This document shows, piece after piece, positions 24,041 to 37,689 of a stretch of 64,000 bases of DNA. Each line of letters begins with the position of its first letter. Position 1 is the stretch's first letter. The position numbers were made by a program, and so were the translations under genes. Source of the DNA: Macrostomum lignano (lineage: Eukaryota); contig NIVC01002719.1 in NCBI GenBank assembly GCA_002269645.1, forward strand, positions 62,001-126,000, read 5' to 3'. Under the pieces are notes generated by a model. That model was not told the DNA's origin and did not search any database. It worked only from the letters and a program-made list of their open reading frames with translations.

Positions 24041-25654
24041 AGCATTTTGTGCGATCAACTACACTAAGCCCAGCTTTGTCTGACCCTCCCTCCTTAGAGC
24101 GGGCAAGCCCAGCTTCGTGTGACCCTTCCTCCTTAGAGGGTCAAAGGGTATCACTCGATTTGGGGGTCTTTGACGAGACAACGTCCCGCCGAGCAAGTGA
24201 AATCACGGAAAGTGGATACTGAACAACCGAGCGAGCCTGAGTACAAGACTGATGTTAAAATCAATTCCGATGTCGTGAGGCCACACGCCGACCGACCACC
24301 TCGGCTGTGGAAAGCACCTGGCCGACTACAGTACAAGCAGTTAGTAGTTCCAACCTGGACCTGATTAAATGGGAGGTGAGTGAGCGTTGCGTTACTTTGT
24401 AATGAATGTGCCTCTCTCAGCCTGCCCTTGTATTGTTTTGCGCCCATTTCACTCGCCCTTGCATGCTCTATCCATCCCACCCTTGCGTTGGCTCCATTTA
24501 TCGTTGTAAACCCAACCTCCTGCCTTATCCTTTCTCCGTCGCCCATTGAAATTGTGCCCCCCCCCTGGTGCTTGTGTAAGCCTCCCGGTGCCTGATTGGC
24601 GGATGATTTTGTTTTTATGGTGTATTCTCAACCCCTTTCCAGCCCTTTGCGATGTACCCATGACGTGGGCTTAGCCAGTTGGCACTCTCTGATTGGCTGA
24701 GAGTCCCTGGGGCCTGTCTGTCTGGCGCCTCTCCCCTTTATTATGCCTGCCCTGGCCTGTCTATGAGGTCTCTGCGGCCCCTGTTTCTATCGCACTCGCC
24801 CTCTGTTCAACTCTGCTCCTTTGCATTTTGTTCCTGTAATATTGCGACTGGGAGTAAAAAACTGGGACTAGTAGTTGGCTTTTATCCTGCTTCGAGGAAT
24901 GGTAAATAATTGTAAAGTGAAGATGGTCAGAAAGCAACATTTGTAGTTTCCCCAACTATTGAAACCTTAGCATTCCGTTGGATCATCAACTCAAAGGCAA
25001 CTAGTCATATACGCTCGTAACGCGCTCACTGGAGCTACTGGTAAACTACAAGGAGTTCAGTCAACCGGAAAAGGTGCGACTGGGAGACGATCGGGTCGTT
25101 GAAGCATACGGAAGTGGACAATTTCCGAGTCTCAATGCTCTTCCTCATGGTAAGCAGCTAGAGACAGTTATTGGAGAATAAATTAACGTAAATTAATTAA
25201 CGTTTAAATTAACGTGAATAAAAAAAGAGTCGGTTGCCATTTAGTCGACACTGAACGGCAACGTAGATTCCAATTACAATCGCAAAACTACGTCGCCGCA
25301 ACTTTTGTCGACCAAGTATAATATTTGGAAAAAAACAAAAGCAACAACAATATATTAGTGCATCTCCCCTTCTTTGAACGCAAAAGTTTGCTGATTGTAT
25401 GCAAAATACAGTTGGGTTCGCGAGGAAAGGCTCAATTTTCGCGAGATCTCGCCAGCGGTCTCGCGAGAATCTGTGTGCAACTCGTTCGTCATTGGCTGAG
25501 CCATTAACTGGGGAGAGTAAGATTGAGCGCTGTTTGAGGTGGGTTGTTTATAGAGGTTTCCCGCTTTTTCGGCGTCCACCTCAACAGTTTCTCATAAGTT
25601 TTTTATGGCAAACCCTTTCTTGTTTTTCCCCATCGAAAATACATTGTCTGACAC

Positions 25655-25834
25655 CAGGGGCGGATCCAGAGGGGGGGGGGGGCCAAGGGGGCCATGCCCC
25701 CCTCAGCCGCGGCCAAAGAAATTTTGATCATACTTTTTTGGCCTGCTACTATGCCAGGTCTACTTTCCAATATAGGGTTCTAGTGCTTGGTATAGCTTGC
25801 CCCCCCCCTTAAAAATTTTATGGATCCGCGCCTG
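25655..25834. mobile_element. 180-bp hAT-type MITE inserted in the Tc1 element
   Basis: TIR CAGGGGCGGATCCA / TGGATCCGCGCCTG; 8-bp TSD TCTGACAC / TCTGACAA (7/8 match). Confidence 0.85.
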
Positions 25835-26671
25835 TCTGACAAAACTGATAGGAAGACTAACAGCAATTTCACGAAGCTTGCAAATGGAGATTGGACATCG
25901 CCTGACGGACAAGCAACGTATTGATCTCCTGTCAAAGTTTTACTTAGAGAAAAGAAGTGTAGCTAAAATTAGTAGCGAAATTCAGGTCTCCCGGCGTGCC
26001 ATCAGGCGCCATCTTACTCTGTCAAGGACAAAAATTAGCAAGGATAAATCTCTGCCCCGAAAATGGGGGCTTCATCGATGCGCTGCTTGACGCCACTAAT
26101 GGCCACGATTCAGCTCAAGACTTGTGCAATAGGGTGAGATTAAAGTTTGGTTTGCGCCTTTCTATCTGCACAATGAAAAGAATTCGGCGACTGTTGGGTT
26201 GGGTTAGAACAACAACACAGTATTGCCAGATGATAAAGTTGAAAAATCAACCCATTCGGCTATTATGTGGAGCTACCTCAAAGATCATCTGGACAAGAAG
26301 ATCAAGCCAAAGACGGAGCAAGCACTGGCCAATGGAATTGAAGAATTCTGGAAGCTACTGACTGTTCAAAAATGCAACAAATTTATAGAGGGAATTCCCT
26401 CAGGATTTTAAGCTGGTTTGCCTGCTTCTTGTTTGTAACACGGACACTCTCAGCTCGGTGCGGGGCCATGGGGTGGGTGTTCTCGGAGCTAAATAACTGA
26501 CTGGCTTGCATCGTGATCAAAATCTAACAGCTCACCTTAAAAGTAACATATCGTTATCTTTTGTCAGTCTTTTTTCAGTTCTAACTTTTGGCCTATTGTT
26601 TCGGTTTGTATAGCGATAAAAACAGCACGCAAAGAACTCACTATAATGACTTAGCTTGCAGATTAACTTCA

Positions 26672-26755
26672 ATCACTCGCTCACACTCACTCACTCGCTC
26701 ACACTCACTCTCTCACTCGCTCACTCACTCACAGGCACTCACTCTCTCACACTCA
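26672..26755. repeat. (CTCA)n-like microsatellite
   Basis: cactcgctcacactcactcactcg... run. Confidence 0.85.
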
Positions 26756-28408
26756 GAAGTTCAAGATTGGGGTTTTAGTTAAGCTTTCTTATTTTAGGTG
26801 TATATTGTAAAACATTTTGTTTTACAAGACGAACTGTCGGCAGATGAATGAACTGGAAACCCTTGATGGTGCACACTATATTGTCCCCTCCATTGTCATG
26901 TTGCTCACTACTTATTTCGTAATTAACATTGTAAACTGCAATAAAAAACGCAAATTTTTCACTTCGCTGGAATTAATGATTTTTTTACATTAATCTTAAC
27001 ATCAAAGTACGCATTGATGTTATTTAACAAAAATCTCAAAATTCTAATTAAAAATAAATTGTATGACGATTACGAGAATCTTAGTATGTAACTTACTAGG
27101 CAACAATTTTCACTGCTTTGAGACGATTTATATAACTACACTCCGAAATATATCAAGCAAAGCTCTGTTGAGCTCGTACGAGCCCTGGACCCCCCATTTC
27201 GCAAACCATGCATGCACCAACCCCAATTATCCCCATCCCCAGTGGGTTTTCTCTCTCGATTCAGCTTACAAGCTTAATAAACGCTCAGCCAATGGGTAGA
27301 GAGAGTTACACACAGATTCTCGCGAAATCTCGCGAAGTTCTCGCGCGATTTGAGCCTTTCCTCGCGAACCTAACTGTAATTCCCATTGCAAAAAAGATAC
27401 CATATTTTGCAAGCTAAAACATGGTATTGTTTTGATAGTCGCGTCATCTTCAACACGAAGGTACGAGTATGTCAACCTTTTTGATTTTCTCAAGAGGCTT
27501 TGTATGTCCGTGACGTCAATACATCAAGGTGAACAGCGCAGTGTGGTAGAGAGGCTGATAAATAGAAGCTAGAGCCGAATACCGACAGAAATGACTGAGT
27601 GATGCATGTGTACATGGATGTACGGAGATGAGTCAGTGGACATACCAGTACCAATGAACTACGCGGAAAAATTCGAGTCGGCCATTATGTACCCAACCGT
27701 CTTTAATATCCACCACTATTTCTCACATAGCTTCATGGAACCAGCTGAATTGGTAATTGAAATACATTGGTTTCTTATTTTTCTTGTTTTTCAGCAGCAC
27801 CCAAAATTATAGTATTCTAGCTCTAAAGTTAGAGCTTTAATACTTAAATATTTGAGTCTCTTTTCATGTTTTTACTATAATTTTACAGCACAACGTGCAT
27901 GTACATCCGTTAGTTAGATTTTCAAAATTTAGTTTTTAGCTGCTTATTTCAATAGTTTCTTTAATATTTGGAATGTTATTAAAATATAAATTGATATAGA
28001 ATCATGCGTAAACGAATCACCCAGTAAGCTAATCCTGTAAATTGGTTGGATGGTAATTTAGTGGATTCAATCCTGTCATCACTCCAATTCAAACCACAAT
28101 TTCTTATTTAATATTTAATCAGTGTGGGCGAAGGTCCATGATGCTGTTCGGCGCCCGATTCCGTAAATACTGAGCGAGCGCCTGCAGACCCAGACCAACC
28201 GCACAAAGAGAGGACAGAAAAATGCACACCAGGAATTCCTGGAGCTCTTTCTGTTCGGTAGGTTCACTGAGAGTCATCTCCTAGCTTCACTCAATCAACC
28301 ATTCTCACTGTCCTCCATTTCACTTTCCTCTGGTACACTCACCATTTTCACTTTCTCTAACAGTACACTCTGCACTCACTAAATGCACAAAGTCACACTC
28401 AGTAACTG

Positions 28409-29166
28409 TGTGACGTTGCTAGTTTAAGTGGTCCCGCAAAAGGGCCGTTGGACTATAGTTTCCCTTGTAATTTCTCATTTTAATTTCTCCAATAGTTTAT
28501 TTTAACGTTTACTTGTAGTAGCATGCAAATAATCTGTATCAATTGCTAATTCACTGTGTATTTGGTAGGCCTTGCGTTCGTCTGTAAATTTTAGCACGAT
28601 CGATAATTTCAAGTTCTCTAGCCAGCCAATGAAGGCTCTCCGTGTTTTATGCTACCCCCTTTTGCGCTCTTTATTAACCCCCGCCTGGCGGCGGGCTGGG
28701 GGGCCTCCTCACTTCGGGCTCCTCTCCTTCTGCCTCCTCCCTTCGCGGTTCTTGTTTTCCTTCTCTCTCTCTCTCTCTCTCCTGGCTGCCTCGAGCCTGC
28801 CTTATCTCTCGCCACGGCCCACCCTGTCTGGGCCCGTCTCGCCAGCCAGACCTGTTTACGCCTTTCCACTGCCAGTCTATTCTCCTAGTGCCACTGCACT
28901 GTTTGCTCACTGCCATCATTCACCACTTGGGATCACCTTCATCGTGCTCAATCGCCTTCAACTTAACTCAACTTATTGTTGCGCTGCCGCCAGTGCCCAG
29001 TACAGTAGCCCGCTATATTGAAACTGTTAACCCTTGTGTCAATCTGACTACTACTCAAATAAACAAGCCTACGGCCAACTTGTTGCCGCGATATTGCCAG
29101 TGCTACCGCTACAAACCGCCGTGTTGTCTCAACTAGTATTTCTTCGTCACGACAAAACTCGTGACA
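28409..29166. mobile_element. Solo LTR (758 bp)
   Basis: TGTGACG...CGTGACA termini with a 4-bp TSD ACTG (28405-08, 29167-70). Confidence 0.75.
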
Positions 29167-30319
29167 ACTGCATACACCCGCACTCTCACTTTTCCTTAAG
29201 ATAAATATGACAAAAATGCAACTAACGCAAAACACCTGCAGTCAATTAGCTTAATATTAGATTACCTTTTTATCTTTCATACAGTTATCAAATAATTTGT
29301 TGCATTGCAGTGGCAACAAATCGCAGTTGCAGTGGTCTGAGCTGCAGTCTGTCTGAGGTAGTGTCTTGCAGTTCGGTTTTTCCACGACGCGGCTAATCGC
29401 AACGGTGGATGCGCGGACCGAAAAAGGCGTCGCACGGCAAATACAGCGCAGCGCACAGGACCGCTCGACCCGGACTTGACGTATGAGCCTTGAATTTAAA
29501 TTTGACTTAGAAATTTGTGAGGCTACTGCAAGCGCTTACATATCCCATTATATACTAAAATATCCACTTATATTATATAGTTACACTTTTAATGAATATA
29601 ATAGTGGAGCCAAGTAACTATGGAATAAGAGCTACTTTTTTGTTTGCAAAACTAATTATTTGCAAACGGTGTGAATTATTTCAGCGGTACACAATTAGTG
29701 TACAGAAACCGGAATTAGACAATGAGATCAAACGTTTGGTATCGCGCATATATACAGAGACAGTACAACTTACTCCAAGATTCCCTCTTAGACACCAAAT
29801 CTCCCTTTCAAAAATTATCTTACTTAATCCCATCCTCTCGTTAATACGAGTTGCTGTTTGGAAATAACGTGTTGCAGTCTTGAATCAATGCTCATATCCA
29901 GTGCTGCTCATATAAAAGATGCGTCTCACATCTAAGTCAGCCTTTCCTTTGTACCATTCCTTTTATACTCGAAACCAAGGCTAACGATGCTTGTAGCTAA
30001 ACTCTTGAATAACAGATTGCTTTCGTAATCCTGTACATTTGCATATGATTCTGTACTGCCTAAAAAGATACAGTTTACATATAAGTGAAGTTACAGGTGT
30101 TCATTTTAGGTACTTTGCAGGAGTAGGCAGCCTTACTTATACTATGGCGCCAGCACTCTTAACCGTGAATGAAGGCCACTGCTATTTAGAAATATTCAAC
30201 AATAGTTTGGCTGAAATTACGATTAGAAATAATGTACTGCTTGGAGTAGCTAGTCCGCTTAACTGGCAGGACTTAGCTTACTTCGAAGAGCTATCAGAGG
30301 CGCGAGTCAGACACTAGCA

Positions 30320-33183
30320 GCCGGATGATGCCCAAGCAGAGAAGAGCTGGATAGATCAGATAGAAATTAGTGACCAGCTCTCAGCAGATCAGAAGAAATT
30401 AGTTAGGAAACTGCTGCTCTAAAAGAGCGCAGCTTTCGCCAAAGACGAGCTAGACCATGGGCTCACGCATCTAGCGACTCATGAGATGATCATGACTGAT
30501 AACACTCCAGTCAGAATTCCGCTACGCAGAGTTTCGCCGCACTTGCAGGAAAAGCTCGATGGCGTAATAGATTAGATGTTGGCAAAGAACATCATCAGGC
30601 CAGCATACTCCAGTTACAACTCGCCAGTGCTGTTAGTACCTAAAAAGGATGGAACAGTTAGATTAGTGTTAGATTATCGCGAGTTGAATAAGAAATGTTT
30701 AAGGCACGCCAATCATCTGCCTAACATTCAAGATACCTTTGCTTGCTTAAAGGGCTCGAATTTCTATTCTTGCCCAGACTTAGCGCAAGGTTTCTTTCAA
30801 ATTCCGCTTAGACAAGATCAGCATAGAACAGCCTTTTCAATAACTAATCGTGGCCAATTTTGCTTTAATGTGTTACCAATGGGCTTGACTGATTCGCCTG
30901 GCTCATTCCAAAGGACAATTAATTTGCTCCTAGAGAGATTAAAGCCCCATATTGCGCTCGGGTATATGGATGACATTATAGTTCATTCAGTAACCTTTGA
31001 GCAGCATCTCGCGCACTTAGAAACAGTGAGCAGCGCGAAATTGACGCGAAATTGAAGCTGAAAGCGAAGAAATGTGCGCTATTCTCAGCTGAGTTGGCTT
31101 ACTTAGGACATAAGCTAACTCCTGTAAGTGTTAAGACGGATGAGGCGAAGTTCGCCTCTATCCGCGATTGGCCAGTGCCGCGCACAGCATCTCAGTTGCG
31201 CAGTTTTATAGGCCTGGCCCAGTACTATAAAAAGTACATTAAAGACTATTCTAGCATAGCATCGCCATTGCACGCGTTAACGCGCAAAACTATCACTAGC
31301 CTGTCAAAATTATGGACTGATGAGCATCAACAAGCTTTTCAGGCCCTGAAGGACAAATTATGTTCTTCAGAGTTTTAGCCTATCCTGAATTTACCAGTAA
31401 TCCTAAGGTGTCATTCATCTTGGACACAGATGCTAGTGATATTGGAATTGGCGCATGCTTAGGCCAGATTCAGTCTGATGGCGAAAAGCATCTTAGTGCT
31501 TACTTCAGCCGCAAGTTGTCAGCTGCAGAAATGCGCTACGCGACAACTAAGAAAGAGTTGTTAGCGATTGTCAATTCTCTCCGACATTTCCGCTACTATC
31601 TATTAGGGAAAAAGTTTAAGATTAGGACGGACCATTCCACGCTGTGCTGGCTACTTCGCCAAACAGAAGCCACCGGAATTTTAAGTCGTTGGGTGCAGAG
31701 ATTGGGTGAGTTTGATTTCGAGTTGTCCCATAGAGCTGGGAAACTGCACGTCAACGCTGACATGTTGTCCAGGAAGCCGGAGACCCCGGCCCAATGTTAA
31801 AATAGCGCCATAGGTGCGCCAACGAAAGATGCTGCTGTGAAGCGCATCAAAAGTGCCTGCGAGAAATCAGACTGGGAAAGAAGCGAGGAGGCCACTGTGA
31901 ATTTAGCCCACCCGCCAGAAATCCCTTAACACTCAGGATGTGATGAAGGCGCATTAAGGCCCGACTGCTCTCCCATGAGCCCGCCTAATGCAAACGATAG
32001 TCTAACTAAGACTCCATGGCTCGACTGCTTTCCCATAAGCCTGCCAGGTGTCGCCAAACCAAGTGCGCAGAACTCGAATTGCTCCCCGCTGAGCCGTTCT
32101 GCTGCAATGCTGACTATTTCGAAGGTCAAATTGAATCGATCACTGACCCTGATGTCGAGCAACCCTGCTAAGATGAGCACTGAAGCGTCGATACGATGCG
32201 GATTCCAATCCCGCCTTCGACATACCAATCAGCAGAGGAAGAATTCTGCCAGAGCCAAAAAGGCGCCTCAGAATTGGCTGCCAGCATCTGAGTGCTCTGA
32301 TGATGATGCGAAAGGTTCGGACTGCACGACAGAATCTGAGACCAGACGACAGCCTGATTCGCCGGATGCATTGCCGAAGCCTCAGATGGAATTCGACTCC
32401 CACCAGTCACCGTCGCTGCCAAGATGTCGATTTCAGCTGACTGAAGCTCTAGAAACACAGATTACAAGACAGGAGCTGCTTAAAGCGCAGGAGAGACCAT
32501 GTACTCGCGAAAATCGCTGAGTTGAAGGCGCAGAGTGCGCCCAAACCGTCTTTTGACGAGAGACTAAGCATGAGCAAGGAAATGAGAAACCTGCTCGGGT
32601 ACTATGCGACCCTATGATTAGATGATGATGGCATTCTAATGATAGATTTTGATGATAATCGACCCATTAGATTTGTCTTGCCAAAGGAGTTAGACGATGC
32701 AGTAATGCGCGCACTGCATGACTCCCCGCTAAGCGGCCATTTGGGCCAGAAAAAGACTGCAGAGTCCAAAAGTTATTCTGGAGACCCGGAATTCACACCG
32801 TGGTCGATCGTTATATCGCCCAGTGCAGAGCTTGTTTAGAGAGCAAAGCCAGAGGCGCAAATTGCATTTGCCGCCTCAAAAATTCCCGGTCGAAGATGTG
32901 TTAGACCGCGAACACTTGGGTATCATGGGCCCAATTAATCAGCCTAGTGCTGCAGGCCATAGATATGTCCTAACCTTGTGTGACGCGACGTCGAAGTATC
33001 CGTAGGCCTATGCTGAGAAATCAGAAGGCCAAGACTATTATTAAAGTGATTCAGGAACACTTCATCCCCATTTACGGTGTGCCAGCCCAATTCCATTCTG
33101 ATCAAGGAACCAATTTTACGGGCGCCGCCCTTAATAATTTTTGCAAATTAAATGGGATAAGACACACAGTAACTTGTCCATAG
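30320..33183 (+). pseudogene. Decayed Ty3/Gypsy pol (RT, RNase H, integrase), 3'-truncated
   Basis: YNSPVLLVPKKDG..RLVLDYRELN, DLAQGFFQIPL, PMGL...P..FQR, YMDD, DTDAS..GIGA, E.LA, RTDH, HDSPLSGHLG..KT, FHSDQGTNF. Multiple stops and frameshifts. Confidence 0.92.
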
Positions 33184-33197
33184 AAGCCTGCATATAA

Positions 33198-33787
33198 TTG
33201 ACTTAGAATTTGTATGAAGATCGAGAATACAAAGCTGGTATAAAAAGTTTGCAGTCTTTGATGTCATTAACAATATCGAAGGAGGCAATAATGAGTTGCG
33301 ATACTCGAGGGATAGTGGTAGAACATGGAAAAAAATTCAAGGTTCATGGGAAGTTAAAAGTCTGTCAAGCGAGTTAGCCACATATTATCAAGTTGATTTC
33401 AGAGATGCACATTCCAATAATTTTAGAAGACTGTTGGGATTCAATTCGGAAGTGTATTTGAAATCATTTGAGAGAGCTCCAAATCCAGCGCGGATAGACG
33501 GCGCTAGAAGTGCGATCATGGTTCGTTGTCTAAATACCAAAGGGGGTTTTATCACTGATCCAGCTAATGGAAATCATTTAATTGATAAGCAAATACTTCG
33601 TTCAATTCCATTGTTCTCTGTCCCAATGGGGAGTAAAATTATACAAGGGCCTGCAAATCCTATGTACCTACCACTAACTACAAACATGTTGAGCACATTC
33701 GACTTTGTCACCGAAGATGAGTCTGGTGTTCTATACGACTTTGATGGTGAGGAAATATTTATAAATCTTCACATACGACAAATATGA
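33198..33787 (+). pseudogene. Polinton/Maverick minor capsid (penton) protein
   Basis: NNI..GNN.LRY, RRLLGF, IMVRC, ILRSIPLFSVPMGSKIIQGPANPMYLPL and DE.G..YDFDGEEI.I.LHIR are typical of the single jelly-roll mCP. The 5' end is frameshifted. Confidence 0.8.
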
Positions 33788-33849
33788 GTGTTAAAAATGA
33801 GCGAAGCTGAGACATGAAATGCATTCAAACAGAAGTTTGGGACTGACAC

Positions 33850-34227
33850 TAGGACAAATATTGATCTGATAAATTAGGCAAAATATCTCAAGTTAAAACC
33901 ATTTCGTTATCCCATTAGGGATGAAATTGTTGATTTACCACAGTATGGTTACTTTATGACAAATATTCACACTTCGAAAGAACGAGGTATACATCATTAA
34001 GCTATCTTTTAAGCACCTTATAAGGTTTATTTTTTTATTCCTATGCACAAGAACCCACACTAGAAATTATCGAAAAGTTTTATCACACGAAGAATAGATA
34101 ATGTGGAGATATGGAAGAACAAATTCAAACTTTTGATAAGAAATATTGTGGTAAAATTTCGCTGTACTTTTTACACCGAATCGATAAAGGAGATAGCTAT
34201 AATGAAATTTTGCAGCAATTAAAATGA
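33850..34227 (+). pseudogene. Polinton adenain-like cysteine protease
   Basis: Manual translation: TNIDLIN*AKYLKLK..., NIHTSKERGIHH*A, YFF-SYAQEP, QIQTFDKKYCG..SLYFL. The GTHW, FDSYG and QIQ..CG motifs are recognisable despite stops. Confidence 0.75.
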
Positions 34228-36240
34228 TTTACAAGAATACTGCAAATCAATTTGGTTACTCGTCAAATTCAAATGATATAGCGCTCTGGTATAACAATAG
34301 CGTTAGCTGATGATCGATAAATCAATGAAATTGAAGGTTATAAGAGAGAGGAAATAGATTATTGTTAGCAAAGAGAAATGTTGAAGACTCTTATTCCAAG
34401 ACGGATCGTGACGCAATGAATATCACCGTGTTAGAATTAATTGACGGTGCTCATGGACGCGTAAATAATGCCTAACAAAAACTGAGATTGACACTAACAA
34501 CACAACACAACAAAATACGCTGTCATGATGGTAAAAGTCAGCGTCACAGGGCGCGCTTCATGGCTTGGGCGCGAACAAAGGCCGCGCCACTGGCAGTGTC
34601 CGGGGCGCCGGCGTCAGCCAGCAGACAGTCGACATAACGCCGAGTTCGCGCTTGACCTCGCCGGTAGGGTGCCTGCAGCGTGAGCAGCAGCACCTCCTGC
34701 ACCGGCTGTGGGCAGTACGACTCGGCGCGGATGAGATGGCCTGCGAGCTGGAGTCGCCGACGGCGCAGTAGATCACTTGGACGTGGCAGGCCAGCGCGGC
34801 GATAGAGTGCCGCGTTGGTGACTCGCTCGACGCCGATGTTGAAGGCGGCGCGCAGCAGACCAGCGTGCGCCGCATCGACTTGCTGTTCGAGTGAGTCCGT
34901 CAGCGTCCAGGTCTCGGCGTTGTACAGCAGGACGGTCTCGATTACCGCCTGGAACAGCGCCGCCCTCTGGCGGTCCGGTAGGGCCTCGGACTGCAGGACT
35001 GCCCTCACAGAACGAAAGGCAGCCCAGGCAAGCCCGCGGCGGCGTCGCAGGTCCTCGCGAGCGTCTGGAACCAGACCGCCGAGGTAGACGAACTGCTGAC
35101 ATCGCGGGAGTTCGGTCGCCTGCCCGCCTAAGATGTATTCTAAAACCGATATTGACACTAAGATGTATTCTAAAACTGATATTGACACTAAGATTTATTC
35201 TAAAACTGAAATTGACACTTTGTTAGCAGAAAGGCAAGGTACTGCGGGAGGTACAGAGAGTTCGAAATTAGTCAATATTCTTTCATTACTGACTTCAAAC
35301 GCTTCCCATCCTGACATGAAAGTGACCGCTTTTCACAACTCTTCAGCAGCATATCATGTTGCAGATTCAAACCCAGCTTCAGAATGGAGCATTGCAAATG
35401 ACTCAGACAAGTGGATACGATTTAAATTTTTGAAAAGAGCTAGGAAATTTGTAGAGATAAAGTTGGAAGGAGAGGTGTGGCCTGGTTGGTCTGTTAGTGT
35501 GAGCCTAAATGGAACAAACTGGACACCTGTTGAACAAAGTGCACCCATTGAACTACGAAGGGACAATGAACATCTTAGGAAAAAAATAACCAATCCCTCA
35601 TATTATTTCCATTATTCTCTAAATTTTTCTGGTTCCGTAAAGCTTACAAAAGTTGAATTACTTGAGAGACAAACAGTGGTTAATAATTTAGTGTGGCCTA
35701 TAGATAGACTTCAAGCTATACCAAAGATATACGTAGACAATGCAATTGAATCAGTGGAGCTGCGACTAAGGCGGGGACTAGGTTTCAAATCTTATACAAG
35801 ATATATTTCCTCACTAGTAACACGTCAAAACTATAGAGAAAGGGGTTTCAATGTAGCGTCATCAGGGGTTATATAGTATCTAATTCAGAATGGGCATCGG
35901 GGAATGATTCCAATTCTTACATTGAAGTACAACTTCCCAAGTCTATTCAAATTAGACTTGAATAGATCGGATTGAAAGGAACCAAAGCAGTAGGTGGTGA
36001 AATTAGAAAAAAATCAACTAAAAGCTTTATTCTGAAAGGAAGCAATAACAAAGAGAGACTTTAAAAACTTAGACTTTGAAAATTTGAAAGACTGAAAATA
36101 TTTTTTACCGAAAACGCTGGTCTAGTTTCTGGAGTGATGAAATATTTCGAAGTAGCATCCACCGAAAAATTATCTGTTTATAGAGTGCATATTAATTCAC
36201 CTACTGAAGGATCAACTGTTCTTATAGTTTCAGACTTTCA
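34224..36240 (+). pseudogene. Putative Polinton fibre/attachment protein with YSKTEID repeats and two discoidin (F5/8C)-like domains, split by an RTE insertion
   Basis: GYKREEID and TKTEIDT left of the LINE; (MYSKTDIDTK)x2 YSKTEIDTLL right of it; domain 1 SEWSIANDSDKWIRF..SVSLNGTNW; PK.YVD; domain 2 (from 35885) SEWASGNDSNSYIEVQLP..SFILKGSNN..DF. Confidence 0.55.
34497..35128 (-). mobile_element. 5'-truncated RTE-clade non-LTR retrotransposon
   Basis: F.YLG, LFQAVIETVLLYNAETWTLT, N..LY, RRRRLQLAGH (RTE RT thumb and C-terminus); GC-rich island; (TTGTG)n-like tail; possible CTAA TSD. Confidence 0.88.
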
Positions 36241-36364
36241 ACTTTATCCAATTTTAGACATAATTGCCTCATAAAAATGAATGATAAAAATGAACACATC
36301 TATCCTGTGGTTGAGCTGCACGAAGCAGATTTGAGGGAGCGGGACTATTTCAATCAGAGAAAGG

Positions 36365-37010
36365 GTGAAATCAAAGGCAGTATTGAATGCATTACTAAAG
36401 ACCTTACAATTTATGGCAAAGGTGAACAAGTACAAACGACAAAGTAGCAGGATAAATTGGATCAACATTGTGACAGGAAATGTAAGTCTCTTGGCCGCTA
36501 CAGGAATTGGCATAGCAGCATCGATACTGACATTCAATTCATTAGTCATTGTAGTAATTGGGGTAATGAGTGATTTTGAAGCTGTAAAATCCACGTCGTT
36601 GTTTGCAACTGTGAAAATGCATTGCAAAAAAGCAGAAGGAAAAATACATTGTTCTCAGAGATCTGGCAAATCAATACAGAGATTGTATATTTACTCCCAA
36701 AAAGCAGTTTATGATTATAGAATAACTCTTGAAGAGGTTCAAGCAGCTACTGCAATTTATTTAGAATACAGAGAGAAAAGAGACCAATTGTAAGACGCCT
36801 GTGTTGCGCCTGAAGAAGATAACCATTCGGAAGTCGTTGATAAAATCCTCAAAGAGAGTAGACTTGGTCATTCAGCAAAGGAAAAAAATTAAAAAGGAAT
36901 TGCTGGATAAAGATCTGAGAGAAAAATTGGGTCTAGCTGATAAGCCAAAAGAGTACTCGGCAACACTCAATCTTCAATCAAATGCTTCAAGTGCACCCCC
37001 CTATGCTTGA
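36365..37010 (+). pseudogene. Polinton conserved hydrophobic protein (PW / 'gasderminX'-like)
   Basis: KYKR followed by a Gly-rich hydrophobic hairpin (LLAATGIGIAASIL) and ITLEEV...EY...RDQL, the pattern of the conserved Maverick membrane-type ORF as recalled. Confidence 0.5.
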
Positions 37011-37035
37011 GTCTGTCTAATTATTTTTCTTAAAA

Positions 37036-37689
37036 ATGGAAAGGAAAATACCAGCGGCCTCTTATGAATTTGATCTCGACTCCGTTGAAGAAATTCGCGG
37101 TTTAATCTCCCCAATTCTTTCCAAACATTTGATGGCCAGAGATTCAATACACTACAGAATTTTCTTAGTTGACAAATTTTATAAAGGAACTACCGACAGG
37201 TGGATTAAGTTCCAATATCATTCAAAGTATCGAGCTTTGTTAAATCTTCTCCAAGAGGAAACTAGTATAGAAAGTACAATTCAGGATTAAATCCACACAG
37301 ACTGCACTGGATAATCATACAGCAATCTGTGCTGATTTCAATGTGTCAATTGAAGTTCCAAAGATTGATAAGAGGATGTTAAAGTTTAAGAACTACCACA
37401 TGAGAGTAAGAAAGCCATTTCTGTTTTATGCTATATTGGATTATGTAACGATAGATTATAAATCTATTCTGTTATTAAACTGGACACTTTTTATTAGTTC
37501 CGATTATGAAAATATTATAAAATCTGACATTTTTTCAAATACTACAGTGGAATCATTCGTTGAAACCGTAATAAAAAACTTTTGGCATATAAAAATTGAA
37601 ATGGATAGATATAAACATCCGAGATTAAATGATGTCGAAGAGACTGATTACAAAGCGGCAGAACAATGTTTTCTCTGCTCAAGGCCATT
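37036..37689 (+). pseudogene. Polinton protein-primed DNA polymerase B, 5' part
   Basis: IEVPK...LKFKNY....KPFLFYA.LD and CFLCSRP (first half of the EndoVII-like Zn finger), cut by the insertion at 37690. Confidence 0.75.

Larger units (their letters stand above)
25409..27376 (+). mobile_element. Tc1/IS630-like element with an internally deleted transposase (~25880-26411)
   Basis: ta|CAGTTGGGTTCGCGAGGAAAGGCTC ... GAGCCTTTCCTCGCGAACCTAACTG|ta, with ~100-bp imperfect TIRs. HTH region RRLLGW....YCQMI..KN is fused directly to the C-terminal PI..(W)SYLK...KPKT...L..GIEEFW, so the DDE core is absent. Confidence 0.8.

Noticed and set aside
24270-25020. Candidate solo LTR (TGTCGTGAG start, CCAAT and pyrimidine-rich interior)
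   Set aside because: No CA end with a matching TSD could be found.
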